Positions 29,987 through 39,766 of a DNA stretch of 64,000 bases are shown here, one piece after another. The stretch is from the NCBI GenBank assembly GCA_938082545.1, contig CALKCL010000014.1:12286-76285 (forward strand), read 5' to 3'. The position numbers and the translations under genes were made by a program. The notes under the pieces were generated by a model that searched no databases, was not told where the DNA came from, and was given only the letters and a program-made list of their open reading frames with translations. The first letter of the stretch is position 1. Every line of letters begins with the position of its first letter. This DNA is from an uncultured Gammaproteobacteria bacterium. Its GTDB lineage: Bacteria; Pseudomonadota; Gammaproteobacteria; Ga0077536.

Positions 29987-30787
29987 TTGAAAACATACGT
30001 GATTACGTCTCCTCTATTATATTCGACTGGGGTCCATCTATTAATGTTGTTGCTGGTGATAACCAGTTTTCGCTTTGATGCAGAAGAAAAAATGACTGAT
30101 AGTCCGCCTGAAAAAATTGTGCGAGCAGTGGCTATCAATGCTGAAATTTTAGATCAAGAGATTGATAAAATAAGAAAAGCTGAGAACAGGCAAGAGGCGG
30201 AAAAAAAACAACGACTAAGGGAGCTTGAAAGAGAGACGGCTGCGCTTCTAGAAAAACGTGATTCCTCACAAAAACGACTAACTAAATTGGCAGCGGAAAA
30301 TAAACGACTCAAAAATGAAGAAAAAAAAGCAACGCAAAAAAAATTACTAGCAGACAGAAAAGCTAAAGTTGCACAGAAAAAAGCTAAAGAAGCTGATTTA
30401 AAATTGGTTGAAGTAGAAAAAATGCGTCGTGCAGCACAGGCTCAATATAAGGAAACAGAGTTAGCGCGCAAACAGGCCGCGTCTTTTGCCGAAAAAGAGG
30501 CGGAGTCAGCTGAGATTGAACGCTATACGACTGCTATTCACGGGCGGGTCCGGAGGTTTTTTAATGTGTTGCCTAACTTTGAGGGATTGGTTTGTGTCCT
30601 AGATATCAGGCTGTTGCCGGACGGTAATGTGGCCACTGTGTCCGTACAGAAAAGCAGTGGTAACGAATTATTTGATCGCCATGCTGAGAATGCTGTGAGA
30701 AAATCCGCGCCATTGCCTGTTCCGGATGAGCCACAGATTTTCAAGAAAATGAGAAGAATATCCTTTGTTTTTGATCCAAAGTTCTAG
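29987..30787 (+). CDS. tolA: Tol-Pal system protein TolA (start uncertain: TTG 29987, GTG 29999 or ATG about 30041)
   Basis: N-terminal TM, Lys/Glu/Ala-rich helical domain II, small C-terminal domain III; track ORF start 29924 overlaps tolR. Confidence 0.72.
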   Translation: MKTYVITSPLLYSTGVHLLMLLLVITSFRFDAEEKMTDSPPEKIVRAVAINAEILDQEIDKIRKAENRQEAEKKQRLRELERETAALLEKRDSSQKRLTKLAAENKRLKNEEKKATQKKLLADRKAKVAQKKAKEADLKLVEVEKMRRAAQAQYKETELARKQAASFAEKEAESAEIERYTTAIHGRVRRFFNVLPNFEGLVCVLDIRLLPDGNVATVSVQKSSGNELFDRHAENAVRKSAPLPVPDEPQIFKKMRRISFVFDPKF

Positions 30788-32090
30788 AATCAAATCTCAA
30801 TTTTACAGAGCCGCTTTGGTTGTCTGCTTGATTGCAGGTCCTGTATTAACATCTGCTGGCAATCTTGTTATAAAAATCGAAAAAGGAGTGGTCAAGCCTC
30901 TGCTCATTAGCGTGATTCCTTTCAAGACGGGTGATGAGGCGTTACCATTTCAATTTTCAAAAATAATCAGTCGTAATTTAGAAAGAACAGGATTGTTCTC
31001 TTCTATCCCATTAAAAGATATGCCGCAAACCTCGCTATTTCATAGTGTCAATTTCAAAAGTTGGACAGCATTGGGTGTAGAAAATCTTGTCACGGGAGAG
31101 GTCAAAAGAAAGGGAGTTGAGCAGTACGAGGTTGAGTTTCGGTTGCTTGATACATATAAAAAATCAACATTGCTGGGGTATCGGATTCCCTTTGATCCTA
31201 GTAATTCTCGGTTCGTGGCGCATAAAGCTACCGATTTCATCTATCACAAGCTGCTAGGAAAGCAGGGGGCATTTACAAGCTTGTTAGCCTATATAACTGT
31301 TGTGAAAAATTCTGAAAAAAGGAAGGTATACCGACTAATAGTGGCTGACTCAGATGGCTATAATCCCAGAACGATTGTGAAATCATATGAACCTCTCATG
31401 TCGCCTGCATGGTCCCACGATGGAAAACAGCTGGCGTACGTTTCCTTCGAAAGTAAAAATTCTGCAATTTATTTACAAAATTTAAGTGATGGAAAGAGAC
31501 AGCTATTAGTTTCCGGAAAAGGTATAAACAGCGCACCCTCATTTTCTCCCGATGGGACTCGTATAGCGATGACATTATCGAGGGATGGAAACCCCGAGAT
31601 TTACCTTTATTATTTAGCAACAGAACAGTTGGAAAGAATAACTCGGCACGGGGCGATTGATACAGAACCATCCTGGTCTCCGGATGGAGATACATTAATT
31701 TTTACGTCCGACCGAGGTGCAGGAGCACAGATTTACTCTTATAAGTTTGATGGTAAGGCGCCGCAAAGAGTTACCTATAATATGGGGACATATAATGTAA
31801 GAGGAAGGTATTCTCCAGATGGTAGAAAAATTGCCGTCGTACATGGGGGCGGAGATGGGTACCAGATTGGGGTGCTTGATTTGAAAAGTAATATTTATGA
31901 AATGCTCACCACAGGAATACTTGATGAATCACCAAGTTTCGCTCCTAATGGAAGTATGATTATCTATTCCACAATGACTGATAAAGGTAGTCAGCTAGCC
32001 GCCGCATCGGTTGACGGCTTTATGCAACAAACATTGGAGCAGCAAATAGGAGAGGTACGTGAGCCTGTGTGGGGGCCTTTGATCCGTTAA
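30765..32090 (+). CDS. tolB: Tol-Pal system beta-propeller protein TolB (TTG start inferred)
   Basis: Signal peptide then N-terminal domain, repeated WD-like SPDG motifs (PSFSPDGTRIA, PSWSPDGDTLIF, GRYSPDGRKIA). Confidence 0.9.
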   Translation: MFLIQSSRIKSQFYRAALVVCLIAGPVLTSAGNLVIKIEKGVVKPLLISVIPFKTGDEALPFQFSKIISRNLERTGLFSSIPLKDMPQTSLFHSVNFKSWTALGVENLVTGEVKRKGVEQYEVEFRLLDTYKKSTLLGYRIPFDPSNSRFVAHKATDFIYHKLLGKQGAFTSLLAYITVVKNSEKRKVYRLIVADSDGYNPRTIVKSYEPLMSPAWSHDGKQLAYVSFESKNSAIYLQNLSDGKRQLLVSGKGINSAPSFSPDGTRIAMTLSRDGNPEIYLYYLATEQLERITRHGAIDTEPSWSPDGDTLIFTSDRGAGAQIYSYKFDGKAPQRVTYNMGTYNVRGRYSPDGRKIAVVHGGGDGYQIGVLDLKSNIYEMLTTGILDESPSFAPNGSMIIYSTMTDKGSQLAAASVDGFMQQTLEQQIGEVREPVWGPLIR

Positions 32091-32115
32091 GTGGATTCTT
32101 AAAGCGTTATTAATT

Positions 32116-32676
32116 ATGGAGAAACAGATGAAATATAAATTTTTAAGAGTATTGCCCGTTATCTTGTTATCAATACCTCTTTGCTCTTGTGGGACTTCTT
32201 TTATGAAGAAAGACGAAAAGATCAAAACAGTAACAGTTTCGTCAGTGGTTGTGGCTGACCCTGTTGTGACCACTAAGGGTATGGGCTCTAGGGACTATCA
32301 GGCGACAGCGATAAATAGCAATGCCAGAGCATCTGATGCAGAAGTTAGTTTAGAAGAAAAAATTATTTACTTTGATTATGACAGCTCTAAGATTCCTGAG
32401 AAATTTCTTAACTTGGTTCGTTTGCATGCATCTAACCTAGTCAGTGAGCCTGGTATATCGGTTACTTTGGAGGGACACAGCGATGAGCGCGGCTCTCGAG
32501 AGTATAATTTAGCACTGGGTGAGCGGCGGGCAATGTCGGTCCGTCAACAGCTTGTTCTACTTGGCGTATCCGCAGGTCAATTAACTGTTGTTAGTTACGG
32601 CGAGGAGCGACCAGCGGATGATGGCCATAATGATGCTGCATATGGGATAAATCGCAGGGTAGAGTTAAGGTACTAA
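32116..32676 (+). CDS. pal: Peptidoglycan-associated lipoprotein Pal
   Basis: Lipobox-like PLCSC; OmpA-like C-terminal domain (TLEGHSDERGSREYNLALGERRA). Confidence 0.85.
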   Translation: MEKQMKYKFLRVLPVILLSIPLCSCGTSFMKKDEKIKTVTVSSVVVADPVVTTKGMGSRDYQATAINSNARASDAEVSLEEKIIYFDYDSSKIPEKFLNLVRLHASNLVSEPGISVTLEGHSDERGSREYNLALGERRAMSVRQQLVLLGVSAGQLTVVSYGEERPADDGHNDAAYGINRRVELRY

Positions 32677-32679
32677 ACA

Positions 32680-33507
32680 ATGCAATTGTTTGGGTGTAAC
32701 TGTGTTTGCAGGCTTATGATCTTCGCCGTTTTGTTTGCCTGTGGTATTTACGCTGCCGTTTTAAGTTCTGAGGAGATTAAGCTGCCGCGGCGTAGTCATG
32801 AGGTCGATGGCGAGATTATTGCTACATTATTGCAGCGAGTTGAAAATCTGGAAAATGAGATCAAGGTTTTGCGTGCAGAGCTTGAAGACAAGACTTTCTC
32901 CTTAGAGCGTTCTCTGAGAGAGGTTCAGCTGCACGTGTCCAATTTTTCTGACGTGATGGAGGGTGCTAAAAACATTACACCCTCGAATGTTGTAAACTCT
33001 TCTAGTACTGAGAGTTTTCCCGAGAAAATTGAGCCCGACCGTCAAATTCTTGACAAGGAGCGGCTTGTATCTTCTCAGGTTTCGGAGAAGCCATTTTTGT
33101 TGGAACAAGAGCCGATGGCTTTAGATCCAGATACTCTTTATCGGAAGGGTGCCGATTTTTTCAAAACAGGGTTCTATTTGGAGGCAATTGAAGCTTACAG
33201 CAGCTTCATAAAAGATCATCCTACACACACACGGGCGGGTGGTGCGACATATCGCTTGGGTGAAGCCTACTATGAGTTGCGATTCTTTCAAAAAGCGATA
33301 CTACAGTATGAGCGTTTGATCGAAGTCTTCCCGGAAAATGCTGTTAAACCACATGCGATGCTGAAACTAGCCTATTGTTACTATGAGATAGGAGAGCCTG
33401 AAGAGTCGCTTGCCATCCTTGAGAGAATTAAGCTGTTCTTTCCTGGGTCCAAGGCTGCTGAGCTTTCCGAGGGACGGCTAAAGAGATTAATGTTTGAATC
33501 CCCATAG
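32680..33507 (+). CDS. cpoB: Cell division coordinator CpoB (YbgF), coiled-coil plus TPR
   Basis: Signal/TM, coiled-coil N-terminus, TPR-like C-terminus, last gene of tol-pal cluster. Confidence 0.8.
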   Translation: MQLFGCNCVCRLMIFAVLFACGIYAAVLSSEEIKLPRRSHEVDGEIIATLLQRVENLENEIKVLRAELEDKTFSLERSLREVQLHVSNFSDVMEGAKNITPSNVVNSSSTESFPEKIEPDRQILDKERLVSSQVSEKPFLLEQEPMALDPDTLYRKGADFFKTGFYLEAIEAYSSFIKDHPTHTRAGGATYRLGEAYYELRFFQKAILQYERLIEVFPENAVKPHAMLKLAYCYYEIGEPEESLAILERIKLFFPGSKAAELSEGRLKRLMFESP

Positions 33508-33523
33508 AAGTTGAGAGAAGGTT

Positions 33524-34198
33524 CTATCGGAGCGCGTTCAGTAGATGAACTTTCTTACGCGCATCTGCCAACCTCGACCTGGTGCCTATATCGAACCACT
33601 GTCCACCATAAATTGTACCTTGTAGTAATTTCTTATTTGCTGCGGTAAAAAGCATAGGTCCTAATGGTTGACGTTCACTAGTGGGGTGAGAAAAAAATGA
33701 TGGAGGGTAAATACCAACTCCTGAATAGGTGTAAAGATTTTTATCGGCTTTCATAACCCACGGTCCATTGATACTGAAATCACCCTCCGAGCTGTATTTG
33801 GGGTTCGGCACCAAAATGAGATGAGGGTAGTTAGTGCTTGTTTTCAATTGGCTAAAGCTCATGTCAGTCCAAATATCAGCATTTATCAGTAGAAAAGGCT
33901 TTTGCCCTAGCAAAGGGAGAGCTTTAACGACACCGCCGGCAGTTTCAAGTGGAGGAGTCGGCTCTCTAGAATATGCAATGGCCAACCCATACCTCTCTCC
34001 CTGACCAATGGTTTCTTCTATCATGTCGCCTAAATAAGAAGTATTGATAACCACCTCGGAAAAGCCTGATAGTCTTAGACGCTTCAAGTGTCGCTCTAAT
34101 AGACTTTCACCGTTAATTTTTATCAAAGGTTTGGGAAGTTTCTCTGTCAAGGGCATGAGTCGTTCCCCACGGCCCGCTGCTAATATCATTGCTTTCAA
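33524..34198 (-). CDS. Sugar-1-phosphate nucleotidyltransferase, MurU-like (N-acetylmuramate alpha-1-phosphate uridylyltransferase family)
   Basis: MKAMILAAGRGERLMPLTEKLPKPL N-terminus, about 224 aa; no adjacent AmgK-like kinase. Confidence 0.6.
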   Translation of the reverse strand: MKAMILAAGRGERLMPLTEKLPKPLIKINGESLLERHLKRLRLSGFSEVVINTSYLGDMIEETIGQGERYGLAIAYSREPTPPLETAGGVVKALPLLGQKPFLLINADIWTDMSFSQLKTSTNYPHLILVPNPKYSSEGDFSINGPWVMKADKNLYTYSGVGIYPPSFFSHPTSERQPLGPMLFTAANKKLLQGTIYGGQWFDIGTRSRLADARKKVHLLNALR

Positions 34199-34321
34199 AG
34201 TTGTTCATCCAGAATTTGTTAATACCAGAGGCACTGTAAGGGTACCCAAAGTTCCTCTACAATGTAATCCTCTTGCCGAGAACGGCTATATGAAGCTTAT
34301 AAATATGTGTTTTGATCAGTC

Positions 34322-35278
34322 TTGTTAGTTATTGTTGCGTCTATTCTTTTTGGGTTAGTCATACTGGTTTGGGGGGCTGACAAGTTTGTAGATGGGGCAG
34401 TTTCTCTTTCTGCGGGTCTTGGTATCTCAGAGCTTCTATGTGGCATTCTGATTGTAGGTTTAGCGACCTCTGCCCCCGAGTTATTTGTGTCTGCTGGGGC
34501 TGCGCTGGAAAGTAAGCCACTTCTAGGCATTGCAAATGCTTTGGGATCGAATATCGCGAATATTGGATTGGTGCTAGGCCTCACAATAATGCTTAGCCCA
34601 AAGCTTTTAGAAGTGCCCAAAACATTGAGTAACACTGCTTTAATGGTTGTCTCTATGGTGGTGGCTTTTTTTGCACTTTACGACCTCAGATTAGCCGTGA
34701 TTGATGGAGTCCTTCTTTTATCTGTCTTGGCGTTAAGTTTAGTGTTGTCGATTCGTTTTGCGCGAGCTCATGAAATGGGCGAATCCCGATCCTCACTCCC
34801 TGATTACTCCCGTCCTGTGAATTTATATAAAGCGATTTTCGTTTTGTTTCTTGGTTTAGGAATGTTACTTGCTGGTGCGAAGATGCTTGTTTGGGGAGCC
34901 GTTGATTTAGCCAGAGTTTTAGGTGTAAGCGAGACAGTAATTGGATTAACTATAGTTGCAGTTGGAACGAGTCTTCCCGAACTCGCCGCTTCGTTGATTG
35001 GAGTTTTTAAAAGAAAATCTGATATTGCGATAGGCAATATTATTGGCTCTAATGTTTTTAATAGCTTGGCTGTTCTAGCGATGCCAGCCTTTCTCGCACC
35101 TACAGACATTTCGAAAGAGATTTTCTTCAGAGATGTTTGTTATATGCTTGGTGTAGGGTTAATGTTGTTATTAGTCGTCTTAATGAAAAGAGAAAAAGGC
35201 TATTTTTCGCGGACGTCTGGAGGAGTTATGCTGGTCAGTTTTATCTCATATCAGTTTATAGTTTATTTGAGTATTTAA
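34322..35278 (+). CDS. yrbG: Ca2+/Na+ antiporter, YrbG (CaCA) family
   Basis: Two alpha-repeat motifs (GLATSAPELFVS, GTSLPELAAS), about 10 TM; conserved position before kdsD. Confidence 0.8.
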   Translation: MLVIVASILFGLVILVWGADKFVDGAVSLSAGLGISELLCGILIVGLATSAPELFVSAGAALESKPLLGIANALGSNIANIGLVLGLTIMLSPKLLEVPKTLSNTALMVVSMVVAFFALYDLRLAVIDGVLLLSVLALSLVLSIRFARAHEMGESRSSLPDYSRPVNLYKAIFVLFLGLGMLLAGAKMLVWGAVDLARVLGVSETVIGLTIVAVGTSLPELAASLIGVFKRKSDIAIGNIIGSNVFNSLAVLAMPAFLAPTDISKEIFFRDVCYMLGVGLMLLLVVLMKREKGYFSRTSGGVMLVSFISYQFIVYLSI

Positions 35279-35318
35279 TGCCAAGGGATACTATGGCATC
35301 TTCGCGAAGGTATAGATA

Positions 35319-36323
35319 ATGAATCGAGAAAAAATGAGTGAGCCAAAAAAAATTAGTCGGTCTGACTTGAAGAAAATGTGTGAAAAAGTTTTGGAGATAG
35401 AAGCTCGTGTTTTGACTTCTATCTCAAGAGGGCTAGACGATTCATTCGCTGTTGCTATAGAGCATTTACTCGCCTGCACCGGCCGTGTAGTTGTTCTCGG
35501 CGTAGGGAAATCAGGGCATATTGGTGGTAAAATTGCGGCCACCCTTGCTAGTACAGGAACTCCTGCATTTTTTGTACATGCTGGCGAAGCCAGTCATGGT
35601 GATATGGGTATGATCGTTTCTGCTGATTTAGTTGTGGCAATTTCTAATTCTGGGGAAACCTCCGAGCTGACAGTCTTACTGCCAATGATTAAGCGACTCG
35701 GCGTGAAAATTATCAGTATGACTGGCAGTGAATCTTCTTCATTAGCGAAAGCGTCGACTGTTCATTTACATGTGAAAGTATCAGAGGAAGCTTGTCCGCT
35801 TGGGCTCGCGCCAACCTCGAGTACTACAGCAGCCTTAGCAATTGGAGACGCGCTTGCTGTGACGCTTTTACAAGCTCGCGGTTTCACTGAATCTGATTTT
35901 GCTAAAGCCCACCCTGGAGGTGCTTTAGGACGACGACTCCTTATAAAGGTAGAGGATATTATGCATTCGGGCGCCCAAATGCCGGTTGTTATGAGCGGGG
36001 TCTTCGTTAGCGAAGTGCTTAGAGAAATTAGTAGAGCAGGATTGGGAGTGGCGGCCGTTTTATCGGCATCGGGGAATATTGTTGGAGTTTTTACAGACGG
36101 GGATTTGAGGCGCATGTTAGATGCTGGACACGATTTACGGATCGCGCCCGTTGAAAACTTCATGACAAAGGATTGCAAAATGGTTGCCGCAGATATTCTG
36201 GCTGCAGAGGCCCTCAATATAATGCAGGATAAAAAAATCAATGCTCTTTTAGTAATTGATTCCCAAGGAGAGCTAGCCGGCATCTTGAACATGCATGATT
36301 TATTATTAGCAAAAGTATTCTGA
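35319..36323 (+). CDS. kdsD: Arabinose-5-phosphate isomerase KdsD (SIS plus tandem CBS)
   Basis: SIS motif VLGVGKSGHIGGKIAATLASTGTPAFFVH..EASHGD; C-terminal CBS pair. Confidence 0.9.
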   Translation: MNREKMSEPKKISRSDLKKMCEKVLEIEARVLTSISRGLDDSFAVAIEHLLACTGRVVVLGVGKSGHIGGKIAATLASTGTPAFFVHAGEASHGDMGMIVSADLVVAISNSGETSELTVLLPMIKRLGVKIISMTGSESSSLAKASTVHLHVKVSEEACPLGLAPTSSTTAALAIGDALAVTLLQARGFTESDFAKAHPGGALGRRLLIKVEDIMHSGAQMPVVMSGVFVSEVLREISRAGLGVAAVLSASGNIVGVFTDGDLRRMLDAGHDLRIAPVENFMTKDCKMVAADILAAEALNIMQDKKINALLVIDSQGELAGILNMHDLLLAKVF

Positions 36324-36324
36324 A

Positions 36325-36912
36325 ATGCCTGACATTATAAAAGCTTGGGGATTCCCTCTTTTTGCCAGTTTTGCTGCCATTGCTAGTTTTTGGTTACTGT
36401 TGGATTCAGATAATGATGTTTCTTATGAGACGAAAGAAGACTTTCGAGCGCCGGACTATTCTTTCGAAGAAATGAATCGGAGAACCGGAAGCGAGCTTGG
36501 GGGATTGAAAAATGTACTTGATGCCGATTTGGTGGAACACTTTCCTAAAGATGACTCTATGGAGTTGGTCCGGCCTTATTTGAAAATTTATAACGATTCT
36601 GCTGAGCCATGGCATATTAAGTCTGAAACAGGCTGGGTGAGCTCAGGAAACGAGGTAATTCTTCTACATGGTGAAGTAGAAATATGGAAAAATGGGAAGA
36701 ATAGGGAGCGCATCTTACAGGCACTTACAACTGAGCTTCGTATTTTACCCAACCAAGAGTACGCTGAAACTGATAATACAGCGATTATCATCGGTCCCTC
36801 TTCCGTAACTCATGCTTTAGGCTTCAGGGCTAATTTTTCTCTCAACCATCTGGAATTGATTGAGCGCGTAAGGACCAAATATAGCAAAAAAAGTTTGAGG
36901 GTCAAATTGTGA
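36325..36912 (+). CDS. lptC: LPS export protein LptC
   Basis: N-terminal TM anchor, about 195 aa, immediately upstream of and overlapping lptA. Confidence 0.7.
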   Translation: MPDIIKAWGFPLFASFAAIASFWLLLDSDNDVSYETKEDFRAPDYSFEEMNRRTGSELGGLKNVLDADLVEHFPKDDSMELVRPYLKIYNDSAEPWHIKSETGWVSSGNEVILLHGEVEIWKNGKNRERILQALTTELRILPNQEYAETDNTAIIIGPSSVTHALGFRANFSLNHLELIERVRTKYSKKSLRVKL

Positions 36913-37484
36913 CTATTACCTGGTTTTTTAGGATTAAGTATTCCGCTTTGGCAAGTTTATTTTGCCTCGTGCTATTCAGCCATGCTTATGGGTTATCAAG
37001 TGACTTTGAGCAACCGATTGAGATCGAGGCAGATTTTGCAGAACTCGATGACGAGAAAGGAGTTACTGTGTACATTGGTGAGGTCATCGTTGTGCAGGGG
37101 TCTATAGTAATGACAGGTGACCGTTTGACTGCACGTTTCACATCAGAACGAGAGCTAGAAGATGCAGTATTGGAGGGACGGCTTGCAACGTTTAAACAGA
37201 CTCCCGATTTGGGAGGGCTGGATATAGAAGGGGAGGCTGAGATAGTAGAAATGCATGCATTTGAAAATATTTTTTATTTAACGGGGAAAGCCAAGGTCAC
37301 CCAAGGAAAAAGATTAACGCAGGGGCATCGCATTAGTTATGATACTGAGAGAAGCCTTGCTACGGTAAGAGCTTCAAAGGGTAACGGTCGTGGAGGAAAG
37401 TTGGATCCTAGAGAAGGCGGGCGAGTGAGAATAATTATTCCTCCTAAAGAGAGCGTCAAGTCTTCTTTGTTAGAAAAGGACTAA
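36909..37484 (+). CDS. lptA: LPS export periplasmic protein LptA (OstA-like; GTG start)
   Basis: Signal peptide, OstA-N beta-jellyroll-like sequence, operon position before lptB. Confidence 0.75.
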   Translation: MTITWFFRIKYSALASLFCLVLFSHAYGLSSDFEQPIEIEADFAELDDEKGVTVYIGEVIVVQGSIVMTGDRLTARFTSERELEDAVLEGRLATFKQTPDLGGLDIEGEAEIVEMHAFENIFYLTGKAKVTQGKRLTQGHRISYDTERSLATVRASKGNGRGGKLDPREGGRVRIIIPPKESVKSSLLEKD

Positions 37485-37561
37485 GTAAAGAGATGTGTTG
37501 GATATATTCTTTTCAGGCTCGTATTTGTTGTGTTAGTCATTGTCACCGGAGTAGCTAATAG

Positions 37562-38290
37562 ATGAGTGTGCTCGCAGTTAAAAAGTTATCCAAGACATTT
37601 AAATCCAGAATGGTTGTGAAAGACGTAACCTTAGATTTAGAAAGCGGTGAAGTAGTTGGATTGTTGGGCCCCAATGGTGCTGGAAAAACAACCAGTTTCT
37701 ATATGATAGTTGGATTAATAAAAAGCGATTATGGGTCAATCATGCTTGACCAAGAAGAGATAAGCTTCTTATCTATGGACGCTCGTGCTCGGAAAGGTAT
37801 TGGATACCTTCCGCAAGAAGCATCTGTGTTCAGAAAATTAACGGTTGAAGATAATATAATGGGAGTTTTGGAGATCAGAAAAAACCTGTCTTTAGAGCAG
37901 AGAAGAAAGAAGCTCGAGTCCTTGCTAAAAGAGTTCCATATTGATCACATTCGTAATAGTGTTGGAATGTCCCTTTCCGGAGGGGAGCGCAGACGGGTAG
38001 AAATCGCGAGAGCGTTAGCAAGTGAGCCACGTTTTATTTTGCTCGATGAGCCCTTTGCGGGAGTTGATCCGATTTCTGTTGGAGATATACAACAGATAGT
38101 GTCGCACCTAAGGGGTTTGGGGATAGGAGTGTTGATTACTGACCATAACGTTCAGGAGACGCTAAAAATTTGCGATCGTGCATATATTGTAAATGAAGGA
38201 ACGATAATAGCCTCAGGAAAACCTGAGAAGATTCTAGAAAATAAAATGGTTCGTCAAGTATATTTGGGAGAACATTTCTCGATTACTTAA
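37562..38290 (+). CDS. lptB: LPS export ABC ATPase LptB
   Basis: Walker [10 protein letters not shown], signature [15 protein letters not shown], Walker [12 protein letters not shown], about 242 aa. Confidence 0.9.
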   Translation: MSVLAVKKLSKTFKSRMVVKDVTLDLESGEVVGLLGPNGAGKTTSFYMIVGLIKSDYGSIMLDQEEISFLSMDARARKGIGYLPQEASVFRKLTVEDNIMGVLEIRKNLSLEQRRKKLESLLKEFHIDHIRNSVGMSLSGGERRRVEIARALASEPRFILLDEPFAGVDPISVGDIQQIVSHLRGLGIGVLITDHNVQETLKICDRAYIVNEGTIIASGKPEKILENKMVRQVYLGEHFSIT

Positions 38291-38365
38291 TGAGTTAATT
38301 TGCTTTATTGTTTGTTGACTTCCTAAATCAGGTTTCACTTACCTGCTAAAAATATTAATTTTATT

Positions 38366-39766
38366 ATGAAATCATCACTGCAATTAAAAATTGGACAAAG
38401 TCTTACTATGACGCCGCAGTTGCAGCAGGCGATACGGTTGCTCCAGCTTTCTGCCAGTGAATTACATCAAGAAATACAAGACTGTATAGAGACGAACATA
38501 ATGCTAGAGCTTGTCGAAGATGAGTTTCCCAATGTCACCGCCAGCAACCAGATACACGACGAGGGTCAGCTTAAACAGCAAGTTGTCTCTGAAACGCGTA
38601 CTCAGAATTCAGACTGGCAAGAGCCTGCTTATGAAGGTCACTCAACGGATCTAGATCAGATTCCTGAAACGGAGACACTCTCTTTACGAGCACATTTGTT
38701 GTGGCAATTAAATTTACTGCCCATTAGTGAATCTGATGTAGTCATTGGCGTTGCTATCATAGATGCAATAGATTCAAATGGCAGATTAGGTGCAAGCGCT
38801 AAAGAGATCCAGGCTTCCTTAAAAAAGCCCGGCCAAGAGGTGCCACACGAGGATGAGATTTCTTCAGTTCTGAAAGTCGTACAGACATTCGAACCAACAG
38901 GCGTAGCTGCTAGAACACTTTCTGAGTGCCTATTGATTCAACTCCGCGAACTTTCTTCAGAAGTTCCTTTTTTGGAAGTTACAAAAACATGTGTCAGAGA
39001 TTTTTTGGAGATGGTCGCAGGACGAGAGTACCAGAAAGCATCTAGAAGTTTAGGAGTCTCGCCTGATGACTTTCAGAAAGTTCTGGAGTTAATTAGATCA
39101 CTAAATCCCAGGCCGGGTAGTGAATACGGAACAGATAAGATTGATTACGTGATCCCTGATGTTTTTGTGTCCTGTGAGAAAGGCCGATGGATCGTTGAGC
39201 TTAATGAGCAAGTTGTACCTAAGCTTAGAGTTAATAAATCTTATTCTAATGTGCTGCAAGGAGAAAGAGGTAGTGCTGTAGAAAAAACCTTGAGGAGACA
39301 TTTGCAAGAAGCTCGTTTTCTAATAAAAAGCTTAGCAAGTAGAAATGATACGCTACTAGCTGCGGCAACAGCAATAGTCGAGCGACAGAAAGGGTTTTTG
39401 GCTTTTGGAGATCAAGCAATGAAGCCGCTTGTAATGCATGAAATTGCTGAAGTGATTAGTATGCATGAGTCGACAGTATCCCGAGTCACTTCACATAAAT
39501 ATATGCATACTCCTCGAGGTGTTTTTGAATTGAAGTATTTCTTTTCAAGTCAGTTGAGCAGTGATCTGGGCATAGTATCCTCCGTGGCAATTCGCGCGGT
39601 AATTAAAAAATTAGTAGCTGCTGAAAACAAATTAAAGCCTTTAAGTGATAACAAATTATCCGAAGCTTTGTCCTCTCATGGGATACAAGTTGCTCGACGA
39701 ACCGTAGCTAAGTATAGAGAGCTTCTTTCGATACCAGCTTCGTCGGAGAGACGAAAGTTTAATTAA
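38366..39766 (+). CDS. rpoN: RNA polymerase sigma-54 factor RpoN
   Basis: N-terminal Gln/Leu-rich region I, HTH, C-terminal RpoN box ARRTVAKYRE. Confidence 0.95.
   Translation: MKSSLQLKIGQSLTMTPQLQQAIRLLQLSASELHQEIQDCIETNIMLELVEDEFPNVTASNQIHDEGQLKQQVVSETRTQNSDWQEPAYEGHSTDLDQIPETETLSLRAHLLWQLNLLPISESDVVIGVAIIDAIDSNGRLGASAKEIQASLKKPGQEVPHEDEISSVLKVVQTFEPTGVAARTLSECLLIQLRELSSEVPFLEVTKTCVRDFLEMVAGREYQKASRSLGVSPDDFQKVLELIRSLNPRPGSEYGTDKIDYVIPDVFVSCEKGRWIVELNEQVVPKLRVNKSYSNVLQGERGSAVEKTLRRHLQEARFLIKSLASRNDTLLAAATAIVERQKGFLAFGDQAMKPLVMHEIAEVISMHESTVSRVTSHKYMHTPRGVFELKYFFSSQLSSDLGIVSSVAIRAVIKKLVAAENKLKPLSDNKLSEALSSHGIQVARRTVAKYRELLSIPASSERRKFN

Noticed and set aside
30170-30370. A7-A8 homopolymeric tracts inside tolA as possible phase-variation sites
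   Set aside because: The tracts encode the Lys-rich helical domain II typical of TolA. tolA is essential-like envelope machinery and an unlikely contingency locus.
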